The notes: generated by a model not told the origin, from the sequence alone. 47,394 bases of DNA from Clostridia bacterium (GCA_045590035.1 JAZNQG010000200.1:1-47394); one strand, 5' to 3'. Positions 16,464 to 26,127 are shown, numbered from the stretch's first letter. Made by a program: numbers and translations.

Positions 16464-17258
16464 ATGAAAAAGATTTTATCAGTACTTATGGTAGCTATGT
16501 TGGTGGTTTTAGCACTTGCAGGCTGCGGAGAGACAAATGGTGACAATGTTCTTACTTGTGGTGTAACAATTTTTGAGAACATGAACGAACAGAATGAAGA
16601 CGGTACATGGACAGGATTTGAAACAGAATTTGCCCAGGCTGTAGCAGAAAAACTCGGTATGACTGCAGAATTCCAGATTATCGACTGGGGACAGAAGTAC
16701 AACGAACTTAACTCAGGCGCAATCGACTGCGTATGGAACGGCTTTACTGCAAACTCATCAGACGACGGCATCAAGAGATCTGACCTTGTTGATTTCTCAT
16801 ACGGATATATGTTAAATCAGCAGTGTGTTGTAACAAAGGCAGAAAATGTTGATTTGTTCAAGACAGAAGAAGACTTAAAGGGTAAGTCAGCTTGTGTTGA
16901 AGGCGGAAGTGCAGGTGCTGCATACGCAGAATCTGTTACAGATGCAGACAAGATTTTCTCAACAACAGCACAGATCAATGCATTTACAGAAGTTAAGTCA
17001 GGTGCAGTTGATTTTGCAGTAGTTGATATTCTTTTGGCTCAGAACATCTGCGGAAACGGCGACTACGAAGACCTTGCTATAGTAGAAGCAATCGAGCTTG
17101 ATTCTGAAATCTATGCTATCGGCTTTAAGAAGGGTTCAGACCTTACAGCTAAGGTAAACGAAGCTATCAAAGAACTTGAAGCTGACGGCACACTTATGGA
17201 ATTGGCTAAGAAATACGGATTTGAAAACGTTCTTAAGATAACAGAAACTATTGAATAA
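16464..17258 (+). CDS. amino-acid ABC transporter substrate-binding lipoprotein (family 3 SBP)
   Basis: Signal peptide with lipobox LALAGC, and SBP_bac_3-like sequence (DWGQKYNELNSGAIDCVWNG). Confidence 0.85.
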   Translation: MKKILSVLMVAMLVVLALAGCGETNGDNVLTCGVTIFENMNEQNEDGTWTGFETEFAQAVAEKLGMTAEFQIIDWGQKYNELNSGAIDCVWNGFTANSSDDGIKRSDLVDFSYGYMLNQQCVVTKAENVDLFKTEEDLKGKSACVEGGSAGAAYAESVTDADKIFSTTAQINAFTEVKSGAVDFAVVDILLAQNICGNGDYEDLAIVEAIELDSEIYAIGFKKGSDLTAKVNEAIKELEADGTLMELAKKYGFENVLKITETIE

Positions 17259-17273
17259 TAAAGGAAAATAATA

Positions 17274-17918
17274 ATGGGATTTTGGGAAGTAACTTTAAGC
17301 CTGATAGGCGGACTTAAATACACATGCCTGATATTTGCGCTAACACTTTTGTTAGCGCTTCCTTTAGGTTTGATAATATCATTTGGCTCAATGTCAAAGT
17401 TCAAGCCTCTTTCATATCTGGTAAAAACATTCGTGTGGATTATCCGCGGAGTGCCTTTGATGCTTCAGGTAATCATATTCTTTTATGTTCCGGGCTTTAT
17501 ATTCGGAACACCCGTGCTTACACGTTTTGCATCGGTAATAGCAGCATTTGTAATAAACTATGCTTGCTATTTTGCTGAAATATACCGTGGCGGTATAGAA
17601 AGCATAGCAAAAGGTCAGTATGAAGCAGGACAAGTGCTTGGTATGACCAAAACACAGATTTTCTTTAAAATCATACTAATGCAGGTTGTAAAAAGAATTT
17701 TAGCACCTATGTCCAACGAGGTAATAACCCTTGTTAAAGATACGGCTTTAGCACGTGTTATAATGATAGTCGAAGTAATTCAGGCGGCACAGAATTTTGC
17801 AGGATATGGTCTTATGTGGCCATTATTCTACACGGCGGTATTCTACCTTGCCTTTGTGGGAATCCTGACACTTATTTTCGGATATTTCGAGAAGAAGTTG
17901 TCTTATTATAAGGTGTAA
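17274..17918 (+). CDS. amino-acid ABC transporter permease (His/Glu/Gln/Arg/opine family)
   Basis: A 214 aa polytopic protein with an EAA-type loop (YEAGQVLGMTKTQIFFKIILMQ). Confidence 0.9.
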   Translation: MGFWEVTLSLIGGLKYTCLIFALTLLLALPLGLIISFGSMSKFKPLSYLVKTFVWIIRGVPLMLQVIIFFYVPGFIFGTPVLTRFASVIAAFVINYACYFAEIYRGGIESIAKGQYEAGQVLGMTKTQIFFKIILMQVVKRILAPMSNEVITLVKDTALARVIMIVEVIQAAQNFAGYGLMWPLFYTAVFYLAFVGILTLIFGYFEKKLSYYKV

Positions 17919-17930
17919 GGAGAGAAAAAA

Positions 17931-18683
17931 ATGCCTATATTAGAAGTAAAAAATTTAGTAAAAAACTTTGGTAAAACCGAAGTTTTAAAAGGAATAGACT
18001 TTTCTATTGAAAAGGGCGATGTGCTTTCTATAATCGGCTCATCAGGAAGCGGTAAAACAACACTTTTAAGATGCCTTAATTTTCTTGAGTTTGCGGAAAA
18101 CGGCACAATTGCCATAAATGACAAGGTAATTTATGACGGCTCGGAGAAAGCAAAAATGAGCGACGAGTACATAAGAGAAATGAGACTTCATTTTGGACTT
18201 GTTTTCCAGTCATTTAACCTTTTTCCGCAGTATAATGTTTTAAAGAATATTACACTTGCGCCGACACTTCTTAAAACCGATACACCTGAAAATATTGAGA
18301 AAAAGGCATTAGAGCTTTTGGATAAGGTTGGACTTTCTGATAAAATTAACAGTTATCCCTGCCAGCTTTCGGGCGGTCAGCAGCAGAGAGTTGCGATTGC
18401 AAGAGCGTTAGCGCTTTCGCCCGATATTCTTTGCTTTGACGAGCCTACATCGGCACTTGACCCCGAGCTTACAGGAGAAGTTTTAAAGGTTATAAAACAG
18501 CTTGCCGAGCACGATACCACCATGATTATAGTAACTCACGAAATGAACTTTGCAAGAGAAGTTTCTGATAAGGTTATCTTTATGGATGAAGGTGTTATTG
18601 CAGAACAGGGAACGGCAAAGGAATTATTTGAAAACCCGAAAAACGAAAGAACGGCAGCATTTATAAATACAATAACAAAATAA
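17931..18683 (+). CDS. amino-acid ABC transporter ATP-binding protein
   Basis: Walker [10 protein letters not shown], signature LSGGQQQR, Walker [13 protein letters not shown]. Confidence 0.95.
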   Translation: MPILEVKNLVKNFGKTEVLKGIDFSIEKGDVLSIIGSSGSGKTTLLRCLNFLEFAENGTIAINDKVIYDGSEKAKMSDEYIREMRLHFGLVFQSFNLFPQYNVLKNITLAPTLLKTDTPENIEKKALELLDKVGLSDKINSYPCQLSGGQQQRVAIARALALSPDILCFDEPTSALDPELTGEVLKVIKQLAEHDTTMIIVTHEMNFAREVSDKVIFMDEGVIAEQGTAKELFENPKNERTAAFINTITK

Positions 18684-18685
18684 AG

Positions 18686-18712
18686 AAAAGACGCTTAGAA
18701 AAGCGTCTTTTT
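18686..18712 (+). terminator. rho-independent terminator after the ABC operon
   Basis: Stem AAAGACGCT/AGCGTCTTT is followed by a T run. Confidence 0.85.
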
Positions 18713-18735
18713 TAACTAGTTTCTTTAAAATAATC

Positions 18736-18764
18736 TTGACAAACATCTGTCTTTGCATTATAAT
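18736..18764 (+). promoter_or_regulatory. consensus promoter for tRNA-Thr
   Basis: TTGACA (18736-18741), a 17 nt spacer, then TATAAT (18759-18764). Confidence 0.8.
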
Positions 18765-18779
18765 ATTAAATGTTGTTTC

Positions 18780-18855
18780 GCTGTTGTAGCTCAGCTGGTA
18801 GAGTAACGCCTTGGTAAGGCGTAGGTCGGCGGTTCAAGTCCGCTCAACAGCTCCA
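18780..18855 (+). tRNA. tRNA-Thr (anticodon GGT), CCA encoded
   Basis: Acceptor GCTGTTG/CAACAGC, anticodon loop TTGGTAA, T loop TTCAAGT. Confidence 0.92.
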
Positions 18856-18887
18856 AAAAAAGCACTTCTTATGAAGTGCTTTTTTTA
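18856..18887. terminator. bidirectional terminator (tRNA-Thr and dapB)
   Basis: Stem AGCACTTC/GAAGTGCT is flanked by A7 and T6. Confidence 0.85.
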
Positions 18888-18888
18888 T

Positions 18889-19650
18889 TTACATTACATC
18901 ACCGATTAAATCGGTCATTGAATAAAGTCCATTTGGCTTTCCATTCATAAATATTGCCGCCTTAACAGAACCTACTGCAAACACTTCTTTTGATGTCGCT
19001 TCGTGCTTTAAGGTAATAACCTCGTCGCACCCAGCAAAGATAACATCGTGCTTTCCGACGATTGTGCCGCCGCGGATAGCGTGGATACCGATTTCCTTTT
19101 TATCCCTTTGCTTTCTGTATGCGTGTCGGTCATACACAAACTCGAATGTATTTCCCATCTCTTCATTTATGCCGTCTGCGATTGCAAGGGCGGTACCTGA
19201 TGGTGCATCAATTTTAAGATTATGATGCTGTTCTACGATTTCAATATCAAAGCCTGATTCTAAAACCCTTGCCGCCTTTTTAGCTAAAGCAATTAAAAGA
19301 TTTATCCCAAGACTCATATTAGCCGAGAAAAATACAGGGATACTTTCGCTGTAAGCTTTAAGCTTTTCTCTTTGTTCAGGACTTAAACCCGTTGTTGCTA
19401 CAACTATCGGAAGATTTTTTTGTCTAGCAAACTCCATCAGCTTATCAAATGCCGACGGATGCGAAAAATCCACGATTACATCTGCATCTACGTTACAGTC
19501 TTCCAGACAAGTAAAAACGGGATATGTGTTCTTTAAGCAGTCGTTTATATCAATTCCGCCGACGATTTTTACATCGTCTCTCTCGGATACAAGGCGGGTT
19601 ATAACCTGCCCCATTTTGCCGTTACATCCGCTTAAGATTATATTTGTCAT
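18889..19650 (-). CDS. dapB: 4-hydroxy-tetrahydrodipicolinate reductase
   Basis: N-terminal GCNGKMG Rossmann motif and EQHHNLKIDAPSGTA signature. Confidence 0.93.
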   Translation of the reverse strand: MTNIILSGCNGKMGQVITRLVSERDDVKIVGGIDINDCLKNTYPVFTCLEDCNVDADVIVDFSHPSAFDKLMEFARQKNLPIVVATTGLSPEQREKLKAYSESIPVFFSANMSLGINLLIALAKKAARVLESGFDIEIVEQHHNLKIDAPSGTALAIADGINEEMGNTFEFVYDRHAYRKQRDKKEIGIHAIRGGTIVGKHDVIFAGCDEVITLKHEATSKEVFAVGSVKAAIFMNGKPNGLYSMTDLIGDVM

Positions 19651-19668
19651 AAGTTATTCACTCCAAAA

Positions 19669-20556
19669 TCAAAGCTTTTTAACGCCGTATGCCTTCATAC
19701 TGTCTTCAAGCTTCTTTCTGTTTTCGTCCGCCATTGGAGCTAAGGGAAGTCTTAAGTTTCCAACCTTGTAGCCAAGGATTTCCATAGCAGTCTTAACGGG
19801 TACGGGGTTAACTTCTATAAAGAGATTGTTGATAACATCAAGCATATCAAGCTGAAGCTTTAGGGACTCATCAACCTTGCCGTCTAAGTAATACTGGCAG
19901 ATATTATGTGTTTCTTCAGGCAAAATGTTTGCAACTACCGAGATAACACCCTTGCCGCCCAAAGACATAACGGGAACAATCATATCGTCATTTCCTGAAT
20001 AGATGTAAAGCTCAGGAACATGTCTTGCGATTTCTGCAACATAGCTTATGTTTCCGCTTGCCTCCTTAATTGCGACAACATTGTCGATTTTTGCAAGCTC
20101 TTTTAGAATTGATACAGGGATTGTCATACCTGTTCTTGACGGAACATTATAGAGAATTATCGGCAAATCGCAACATTCTGCAATCGCCTTAAAATGCTCA
20201 TAAAGACCACGGGGGTTAGCTTTATTGTAGTAGGGAGTAACAGTTAAAATTGCATCAGCACCTGCATCGGCAGCAGCCTTTGTAAGATAGATAGCGTGTG
20301 CTGTATCATTTGAGCCTGTGCCTGCGATAACAGGGATTCTGCCTGCTACCTTTTTAACACAATATTCAATTACCTCGATATGCTCTTCGTTAGGCATTGT
20401 TGATGCTTCGCCTGATGTTCCGCAGATAACGATAGCATCAGTTTTATTGTTTATGTGCATTTCAATAATTTCGCCGAGTGAATCATAGTCAACCTGGAGT
20501 CCGTTAAATGGAGTCACGATTGCAACGGCTGAACCTGTAAACGGTAAAGTCTTCAT
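19669..20556 (-). CDS. dapA: 4-hydroxy-tetrahydrodipicolinate synthase
   Basis: GSAVAIVTPF, GTSGEAST and the active-site Lys context AIKEASG. I prefer the ATG at 20556 (or 20574). The longer ORF-track start would overlap asd. Confidence 0.94.
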   Translation of the reverse strand: MKTLPFTGSAVAIVTPFNGLQVDYDSLGEIIEMHINNKTDAIVICGTSGEASTMPNEEHIEVIEYCVKKVAGRIPVIAGTGSNDTAHAIYLTKAAADAGADAILTVTPYYNKANPRGLYEHFKAIAECCDLPIILYNVPSRTGMTIPVSILKELAKIDNVVAIKEASGNISYVAEIARHVPELYIYSGNDDMIVPVMSLGGKGVISVVANILPEETHNICQYYLDGKVDESLKLQLDMLDVINNLFIEVNPVPVKTAMEILGYKVGNLRLPLAPMADENRKKLEDSMKAYGVKKL

Positions 20557-20603
20557 ATAAATCTGTCCTTTCATTATTTCCTGATATAAAATATTTAAAA
20601 AAG

Positions 20604-21686
20604 TTAGTCCATATAACCCTTTGCAGTCAAAAGCTCTGCCATAAGTACAGCACCGCCTGCAGCACCTCTTAGAGTATTGTGTGAAAGACATACGAACTTA
20701 TAGTCATACTGTGTGTCAGGACGGAGACGGCCTATTGATACTGCCATACCGCCTTCTAAATTACGGTCGAGCTTTGTCTGAGGACGGTTGTCTTCTTCAA
20801 AGTAGTTTAAGAACTGCTTCGGAGCGTGGGGGAGATTTAAATCCTGCGGCTCACCCTTAAATTCCTTCCATGCCTTTTTGATTTCATCAATCTCGGGCTT
20901 ATTTTCAAAGCTTACAAATACTGCCGCCATATGACCGTTTGATACGGGAACACGGAGACACTGTGTTGTAATTGAAGGACCTTCGGCGTCAACAATCTTG
21001 TCGCCATCAATTTTACCCCAGATTTTAAGCGGTTCGATTTCTGATTTTTCTTCTTCGCCGCCGATATAGGGAATCATATTGTCAACCATTTCGGGCCATG
21101 TCTCAAAAGTCTTACCTGCACCTGAGATTGCCTGATATGTAGTAGCGAGTACGTTCTTTATGCCGTATTTCATAAGCGGATGAAGAGCGGGCACATAGCT
21201 CTGGAGTGAGCAGTTTGATTTAACCGAGATAAAGCCTCTCTTTGTGCCGAGTCTCTTTTTCTGCATAGCTATAATTTCTGCGTGGTCTGCGTTAATTTCA
21301 GGAATAATCATCGGAACATCGGGAGTGTGGCGGTGTGCTGAGTTATTTGATACAACAGGGCACTCTGCTTTTGCATATGCTTCTTCCAATGCTCTTATTT
21401 CATCCTTTTTCATATCAACTGCACAGAACACAAAGTCAACCATTGATGCGATTTTTTCGACATCAGCTGTTGCATCCATAACAATCATATCTTTAACCGA
21501 TTCGGGAATTTCTTCTTCCATAGCCCATTTTGCGCCGACAGCATCAATATATTTTTTGCCTGCGCTTCTCGGAGATGCTGCAAGCACCTCAATTGTGTAC
21601 CAGGGGTGGTCCTTTAATAAAGAGATAAATCTCTGACCTACCATACCTGTAGCACCGATAATACCAATCTTGTAGTTTTCTTTCAT
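20604..21686 (-). CDS. asd: aspartate-semialdehyde dehydrogenase
   Basis: GATGMVGQR Rossmann motif, active-site SNCSLQ, and C-terminal RGAAGGAVL. Confidence 0.95.
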   Translation of the reverse strand: MKENYKIGIIGATGMVGQRFISLLKDHPWYTIEVLAASPRSAGKKYIDAVGAKWAMEEEIPESVKDMIVMDATADVEKIASMVDFVFCAVDMKKDEIRALEEAYAKAECPVVSNNSAHRHTPDVPMIIPEINADHAEIIAMQKKRLGTKRGFISVKSNCSLQSYVPALHPLMKYGIKNVLATTYQAISGAGKTFETWPEMVDNMIPYIGGEEEKSEIEPLKIWGKIDGDKIVDAEGPSITTQCLRVPVSNGHMAAVFVSFENKPEIDEIKKAWKEFKGEPQDLNLPHAPKQFLNYFEEDNRPQTKLDRNLEGGMAVSIGRLRPDTQYDYKFVCLSHNTLRGAAGGAVLMAELLTAKGYMD

Positions 21687-21713
21687 TTTTAATTCCTCGC
21701 TTTCTTTTTATAC

Positions 21714-21942
21714 AAATAAAAATGCAATAGCTAATGCTATTGCCAAAAAACACCAAAATAAAATGCGTGTTCGGCAGTAGCACTCCATCCTAAGATGACA
21801 GTCGCAATGCTTTTAACATTACGCCCAGCCCAAAGGGATTTTTCGGCATATCCCAAAAGACTTCGGCGGTTCATCCTTTCGCAACTGTCAAGTACCGATA
21901 AAACACAGCTGTTACTTATAATCACCGCGCCTCTACTTCCAA
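21714..21942 (-). promoter_or_regulatory. lysine riboswitch (L-box) with terminator, controlling asd-dapA-dapB
   Basis: Minus-strand motifs AGAGGCGC, GAAAGG, CCGCCGAAG, CTGTCA and GGAGTGCTAC. The terminator GCAATAGC-atta-GCTATTGC (21724-21743) is followed by a T run. Confidence 0.88.
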
Positions 21943-22111
21943 TATATGAAATAATATCATTATTTTCAAGCTCTGTCAAGTGATTTTTGCTTTTTTTACT
22001 CATTTTATTGCGGTCTGAAATGAAATATGATATAATTAACATATATAACTGAATATCTCACATCATAAATAACAAAAATATAAAATATACTTAATAAGAA
22101 AGGATGATTAT

Positions 22112-22699
22112 ATGAATATTTGTGTATTTGGAGCGGCGAGCGACTATATTGATGATATTTATAAGGAAAATGGGGAAGAGTTAGGAAAGCTTCTCTCCCA
22201 AAAAGGACACACCTTAATATTCGGCGGCGGTGCGGGCGGTCTTATGGGCGCAGTTGCAAGGGGAGTGTATGCCGAAGGCGGTAAAATCATAGGCGTTGCA
22301 CCGGGATTTTTCAATGTTGACGGCGTATTATTTGAAAACTGCACAGAGTTTATAACTACCGAGTCTATGCGCGAGAGAAAATATATTATGGAAGAAAAGG
22401 CGGACGCATTTATTGTTGCACCGGGCGGAATCGGTACATTTGAAGAATTTTTTGAAGTGCTTACTCTAAAACAGTTAGGCAGGCACGAAAAAGCTATTGT
22501 AATTATCAACACAAACGGGTATTATGATAAAATGATAGAGCTTTTAGATCACACCAAAGATAAGCATTTTATGACAGACAAATGCTTAGAACTTTTTAAG
22601 GTTGTCGATACGGCTGAGGAGGCTTTTTCGTACATTGAAAGCTACAAACCTAAAAAGTATAATATAGTTACAATGCGCGGTATAAAAACATCTGAATAA
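22112..22699 (+). CDS. LOG-family (TIGR00730-type) nucleotide phosphoribohydrolase
   Basis: GGGAGGLMG and PGGIGTFEEFFE motifs. Confidence 0.85.
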   Translation: MNICVFGAASDYIDDIYKENGEELGKLLSQKGHTLIFGGGAGGLMGAVARGVYAEGGKIIGVAPGFFNVDGVLFENCTEFITTESMRERKYIMEEKADAFIVAPGGIGTFEEFFEVLTLKQLGRHEKAIVIINTNGYYDKMIELLDHTKDKHFMTDKCLELFKVVDTAEEAFSYIESYKPKKYNIVTMRGIKTSE

Positions 22700-22784
22700 A
22701 AGACACATTTCTGAAACAAGGAGCATAAATTGTTATCAAAGAGCATAATGCTCCTAAAGTAGTTTTCAGAAAGGATGTATGAAC

Positions 22785-23621
22785 ATGAGTTGTTCTAACG
22801 AAAACGGATTCAAAGAATCGGTGTGCATACATACAGACAAAATCTATGATAGCTGCAGGGATAAAGACTGCCTTCAGGATTTAAGAGTATATTTAACCCG
22901 TGAAGGTCAGTGTGCAGTTGACAATGCTGTATCGGTAAGATGCCAGAGTGCAGAAATAATTTGGGTATTTTCCGATATTGAAGCAGTTCCCTTTAACAGA
23001 GGCTACTACTCGATAGATTTAAAGTACTTCTTTAAGATTAAGCTTTCGGTTTCAAAGGGAATGGAAAGACCGTGCGAGGTTGAAGGTCTTGCAACATTCG
23101 ATAAAAGAGTAATTCTCTTTGGTTCGGAAGGTAATGCGAAGGTATTTTCTTCAAAGTATAAGGAAGATGCCTTTGACCCGCAGATGTGGAAAAAGACAAA
23201 TATGCCGAAAGCGGTTGTTGAAGTTGTTGACCCGATTGTTTTGGACTGCAAGTTGGTAGACAGCAAAGAAAATAATGATGACAACTGTTGTAATTGCTGC
23301 TGCTCGTGTGACTGCGAAACAGACATCAATAGCGTCCCCGAGTCTGTGTGCCGTGTATTTGGCGACAGCTTAACACTCGGCGGAGAACAGAAGAGAGTCT
23401 ATGTATCATTGGGAATATTCTCAATAGTGCGCTTAGAGCGACGGGTAATGCTATTGATTCCTGCATACGACTTCTGTGTGCCCGATAAGGAATGTAACTG
23501 CGGAACAAATGAGGATAACCCCTGCGAACTCTTTGACAGAATTTCTTTCCCGGTGGATGAATTTTTCCCGCCCGAGAGAAACACATTAAATGACGACGAT
23601 TCATGTGGCTGCGGCTGCTGA
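22785..23621 (+). CDS. cysteine-rich hypothetical protein (possible spore-coat/exosporium-type structural protein)
   Basis: The ORF has an AAAGGA RBS. Cysteine clusters are CIHTDKIYDSCRDKDC, NCCNCCCSCDC and the C-terminal SCGCGC. I recognise no family. Confidence 0.6.
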   Translation: MSCSNENGFKESVCIHTDKIYDSCRDKDCLQDLRVYLTREGQCAVDNAVSVRCQSAEIIWVFSDIEAVPFNRGYYSIDLKYFFKIKLSVSKGMERPCEVEGLATFDKRVILFGSEGNAKVFSSKYKEDAFDPQMWKKTNMPKAVVEVVDPIVLDCKLVDSKENNDDNCCNCCCSCDCETDINSVPESVCRVFGDSLTLGGEQKRVYVSLGIFSIVRLERRVMLLIPAYDFCVPDKECNCGTNEDNPCELFDRISFPVDEFFPPERNTLNDDDSCGCGC

Positions 23622-23633
23622 AAATAAGTAATA

Positions 23634-23666
23634 AAAAAGGATGAACTTTGGTTCATCCTTTTTTGT
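23634..23666. terminator. bidirectional terminator between the Cys-rich gene and the GH20 gene
   Basis: Stem AAGGATGAAC/GTTCATCCTT is flanked by an A run and a T run. Confidence 0.85.
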
Positions 23667-23670
23667 GTTA

Positions 23671-25362
23671 TTAAAGAGCTATAGCCCATTTAATTACATC
23701 TTCAATATTCTTAAGTTCACTTTCCTTACATTCCGAAAGCCAGTCTTTGCGGTAGCGTTTAAGCCAAGCATTGATATCCAAAGAATAATCTTGACTCTCA
23801 CCCGAAAGCTTTAAGAAAGCTTCACAGATTATCAATATTCCTTCTGTTGCTAAAATTAGCGAAGACTTTATCTTTTCATTTCCCCATTTGTCTTCTTTAA
23901 GGCTTTCTAAAATAGCTAAAAGTTCCTTTTGAGTATTTTTAAGCTCTTCTTTATCGGGGATATATTCCGATGCATCTTTTCCGTTTAAAAGGTGATATTT
24001 GCAATCTACAAACTTATTCCAGTGTGCTAAATTGGCGTGCTTTTCGATATCTTTTATAAGTTCCGAGGCACCCTCTTTTTTGTAAAGGAGAGTGTCTATT
24101 CTCTTGTCCAATTCTTCGCCGTCTAAATTCCAGGATTTTTCCGCACCGACTAAGAATCCGTGCATTGCCATGTCCAAGTTACATGGATTTCCCCAGTCGC
24201 CCCAGTTTGTGTTTAACACACCCTTGGCACCGTACTTTTTGCCGTATTCTGCCATTTTAGTTATGTTAGATTCTCCTGTTACTGCCTTCTCTATAAAGCC
24301 TTCCCACGAGTCTGTACCCGGGCACACATACTGACATTTTCCTTTTTCGGAGAATGTCTTTATTTTGTCTTTGGAAGGCTCAGCTGCATAGTCCCAGTTT
24401 AAAAATACTACAGAATCGGGTATCTCGTCTATCACTTCGGGGTGATTTAAAAGAATATCTCCCCACATCATAACAGTTTTACCCTTTGATTCTACATAAG
24501 AAATAATCTTCTTTACAAACTCAACATAAAGCTTTCCTGTATCTTCGCCTTTATACTTGCCGTTTGTAAGGTCAAAGGTTTCGTCGCAGCAGATATTGAA
24601 ATACTTTGATGTAAAGTTTTCTGCATACTGGTCTATAAGACTTTTAATAACATTGAAGCTTTCTTCGTTTTTCGGGTCAATGGTATGATGCCGCATTCTT
24701 TTGTTCCAAAGGTGTGTATCCTTAGTCTCAACTGCACATCTTAAATGCTTGTAAGCTTCTCTTTCCATAAGCTCATAAAGGTGTCCGAAGGTAGAAAGCG
24801 ACGGGATAAAGTCGATAAAGTTTTCCTTCGCATAGGAGTCAAGCTCTTTTAATTCAGCAGAAGATAAAGCATTATCCTCTTTTGCAAAGCCCAAAAGCTC
24901 TTTAAACATATATGTATGCTCAACATAAAGCTGTAAAGCATTCATTTTATAGTATGCCATATCATCGATAAGCTTTTTTAAAGTTTTTACTGTCTGCACT
25001 CTTCCGCGTGTTACATCGTGATAAAATCCACGGGATTCAAACTCGGGCTCGTCAAAAATCTCAAGGCACGGAATTTCATTTGCTTTAAATAACTGACGAA
25101 GTGTCTGGATTGCATAAAATGCACCACGAACACCGTCTGCCGACACCTTGATTTCATTTTCTAAAACCAAAAGCTCATAGCTTTCCTTGTCGCCATCACC
25201 TATTTTAAATGATAGTTTCGCTCCGTCTTTAGATACAGGAAGTTTATTTGCTGCCTTTATAAGTCTTTCGTCAGAAAGTCCTTCAGCATGAACAGTCCCA
25301 AACCCAAAAACACCATCTTTTACTGTGATTTTTTTAGGTGCAGGAATTAAATTTATATTCAT
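23671..25362 (-). CDS. glycoside hydrolase family 20-like beta-N-acetylhexosaminidase
   Basis: GH20-type motifs: FESRGFYHDVTRGRV (the R-G-x-x-x-D-x-x-R pattern), LYVEH and a catalytic-region D-E (CCDET). No signal peptide is evident. Confidence 0.78.
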   Translation of the reverse strand: MNINLIPAPKKITVKDGVFGFGTVHAEGLSDERLIKAANKLPVSKDGAKLSFKIGDGDKESYELLVLENEIKVSADGVRGAFYAIQTLRQLFKANEIPCLEIFDEPEFESRGFYHDVTRGRVQTVKTLKKLIDDMAYYKMNALQLYVEHTYMFKELLGFAKEDNALSSAELKELDSYAKENFIDFIPSLSTFGHLYELMEREAYKHLRCAVETKDTHLWNKRMRHHTIDPKNEESFNVIKSLIDQYAENFTSKYFNICCDETFDLTNGKYKGEDTGKLYVEFVKKIISYVESKGKTVMMWGDILLNHPEVIDEIPDSVVFLNWDYAAEPSKDKIKTFSEKGKCQYVCPGTDSWEGFIEKAVTGESNITKMAEYGKKYGAKGVLNTNWGDWGNPCNLDMAMHGFLVGAEKSWNLDGEELDKRIDTLLYKKEGASELIKDIEKHANLAHWNKFVDCKYHLLNGKDASEYIPDKEELKNTQKELLAILESLKEDKWGNEKIKSSLILATEGILIICEAFLKLSGESQDYSLDINAWLKRYRKDWLSECKESELKNIEDVIKWAIAL

Positions 25363-25440
25363 ATTTTCAGCTCCTTGGATATTTTTTCTTTACCACAAAA
25401 ATATTGTATCATATAATAATAGAAATTCAAGGTTAAAATG

Positions 25441-25474
25441 AAAAAAGTCGGAACAAGCGAAACTTGTTCCGACA
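25441..25474 (-). terminator. terminator of the tRNA operon
   Basis: The minus-strand hairpin GTCGGAACAAG-tttcg-CTTGTTCCGAC is followed by T6. Confidence 0.85.
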
Positions 25475-25548
25475 TGGAGGCGCCACCCAGAATCGAACTG
25501 GGGATAAAGGTGTTGCAGACCTCTGCCTTACCGCTTGGCTATGGCGCC
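25475..25548 (-). tRNA. tRNA-Cys (anticodon GCA)
   Basis: Acceptor GGCGCCA, anticodon loop CTGCAAC, discriminator U, CCA encoded. Confidence 0.9.
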
Positions 25549-25595
25549 AGTTATTAAAAGACGCAAAATCAGGTTTTGCGTCTTTTGTGATAAAA

Positions 25596-25670
25596 TGGAG
25601 CGGAAGACGAGATTCGAACTCGCGACGTTCACCTTGGCAAGGTGACGCTCTACCACTGAGCCACTCCCGC
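25596..25670 (-). tRNA. tRNA-Gly (anticodon GCC)
   Basis: Acceptor GCGGGAG, anticodon loop TTGCCAA, T loop TTCGAAT, CCA encoded. Confidence 0.92.
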
Positions 25671-25673
25671 AAA

Positions 25674-25749
25674 TGGTGCCTCCGGGTGGAATCGAACCGC
25701 CGACACAGGGATTTTCAGTCCCTTGCTCTACCGACTGAGCTACAGAGGC
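25674..25749 (-). tRNA. tRNA-Phe (anticodon GAA)
   Basis: Acceptor GCCTCTG, anticodon loop CTGAAAA, T loop TTCGATT, CCA encoded. Confidence 0.92.
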
Positions 25750-25775
25750 ATATCATCACTTCTAAGAAAAAAGAT

Positions 25776-25852
25776 TGGCGACCCGGATGGGGCTCGAACC
25801 CACGACCTCCAGCGTGACAGGCTGGCGTTCTAACCAACTGAACTACCGGGCC
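25776..25852 (-). tRNA. tRNA-Asp (anticodon GTC)
   Basis: Acceptor GGCCCGG, anticodon loop CTGTCAC, discriminator G, CCA encoded. Confidence 0.92.
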
Positions 25853-25855
25853 ATA

Positions 25856-25931
25856 TGGTGGGAGTTACAGGGCTCGAACCTGTGACATCCTGCTTGTAAG
25901 GCAGACGCTCTCCCAGCTGAGCTAAACTCCC
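25856..25931 (-). tRNA. tRNA-Val (anticodon TAC)
   Basis: Acceptor GGGAGTT, anticodon loop CTTACAA, T loop TTCGAGC, CCA encoded. Confidence 0.92.
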
Positions 25932-25975
25932 AAAGACCATTATCTTTTCGCTTAATTGAAGCGACAACATCAATT

Positions 25976-26004
25976 ATTATAGCAGTAGTTCGTCGGTTTG
26001 TCAA
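25976..26004 (-). promoter_or_regulatory. consensus promoter of the Val-Asp-Phe-Gly-Cys tRNA operon
   Basis: Minus strand reads TTGACA (26004-25999), a 17 nt spacer, then TATAAT (25981-25976). Confidence 0.8.
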
Positions 26005-26127
26005 TACTTTTTTATAAAAAAAATGAAAAAATTGCTTTTTTTCTGATGCTTGGTTCAGATTGACTTTTTTCCCCGCCTTTGATATAATTTCCTTAATATA
26101 ATATGCAAAAGAAACGGGGTAAATTCT

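Noticed and set aside
20557-20691. The long N-terminal extension of dapA (Cys/Arg-rich MSFTQYSKRCCRRCC...).
   Set aside because: It overlaps the 3' end of asd in another frame and lacks an RBS. The internal ATG at 20556, followed by MKTLPFTGSAVAIVTPF, fits DapA N-termini.
21737-22042. A 101 aa minus-strand ORF and a 62 aa plus-strand ORF upstream of asd.
   Set aside because: They overlap the lysine riboswitch and its promoter. The conserved L-box motifs explain the sequence.
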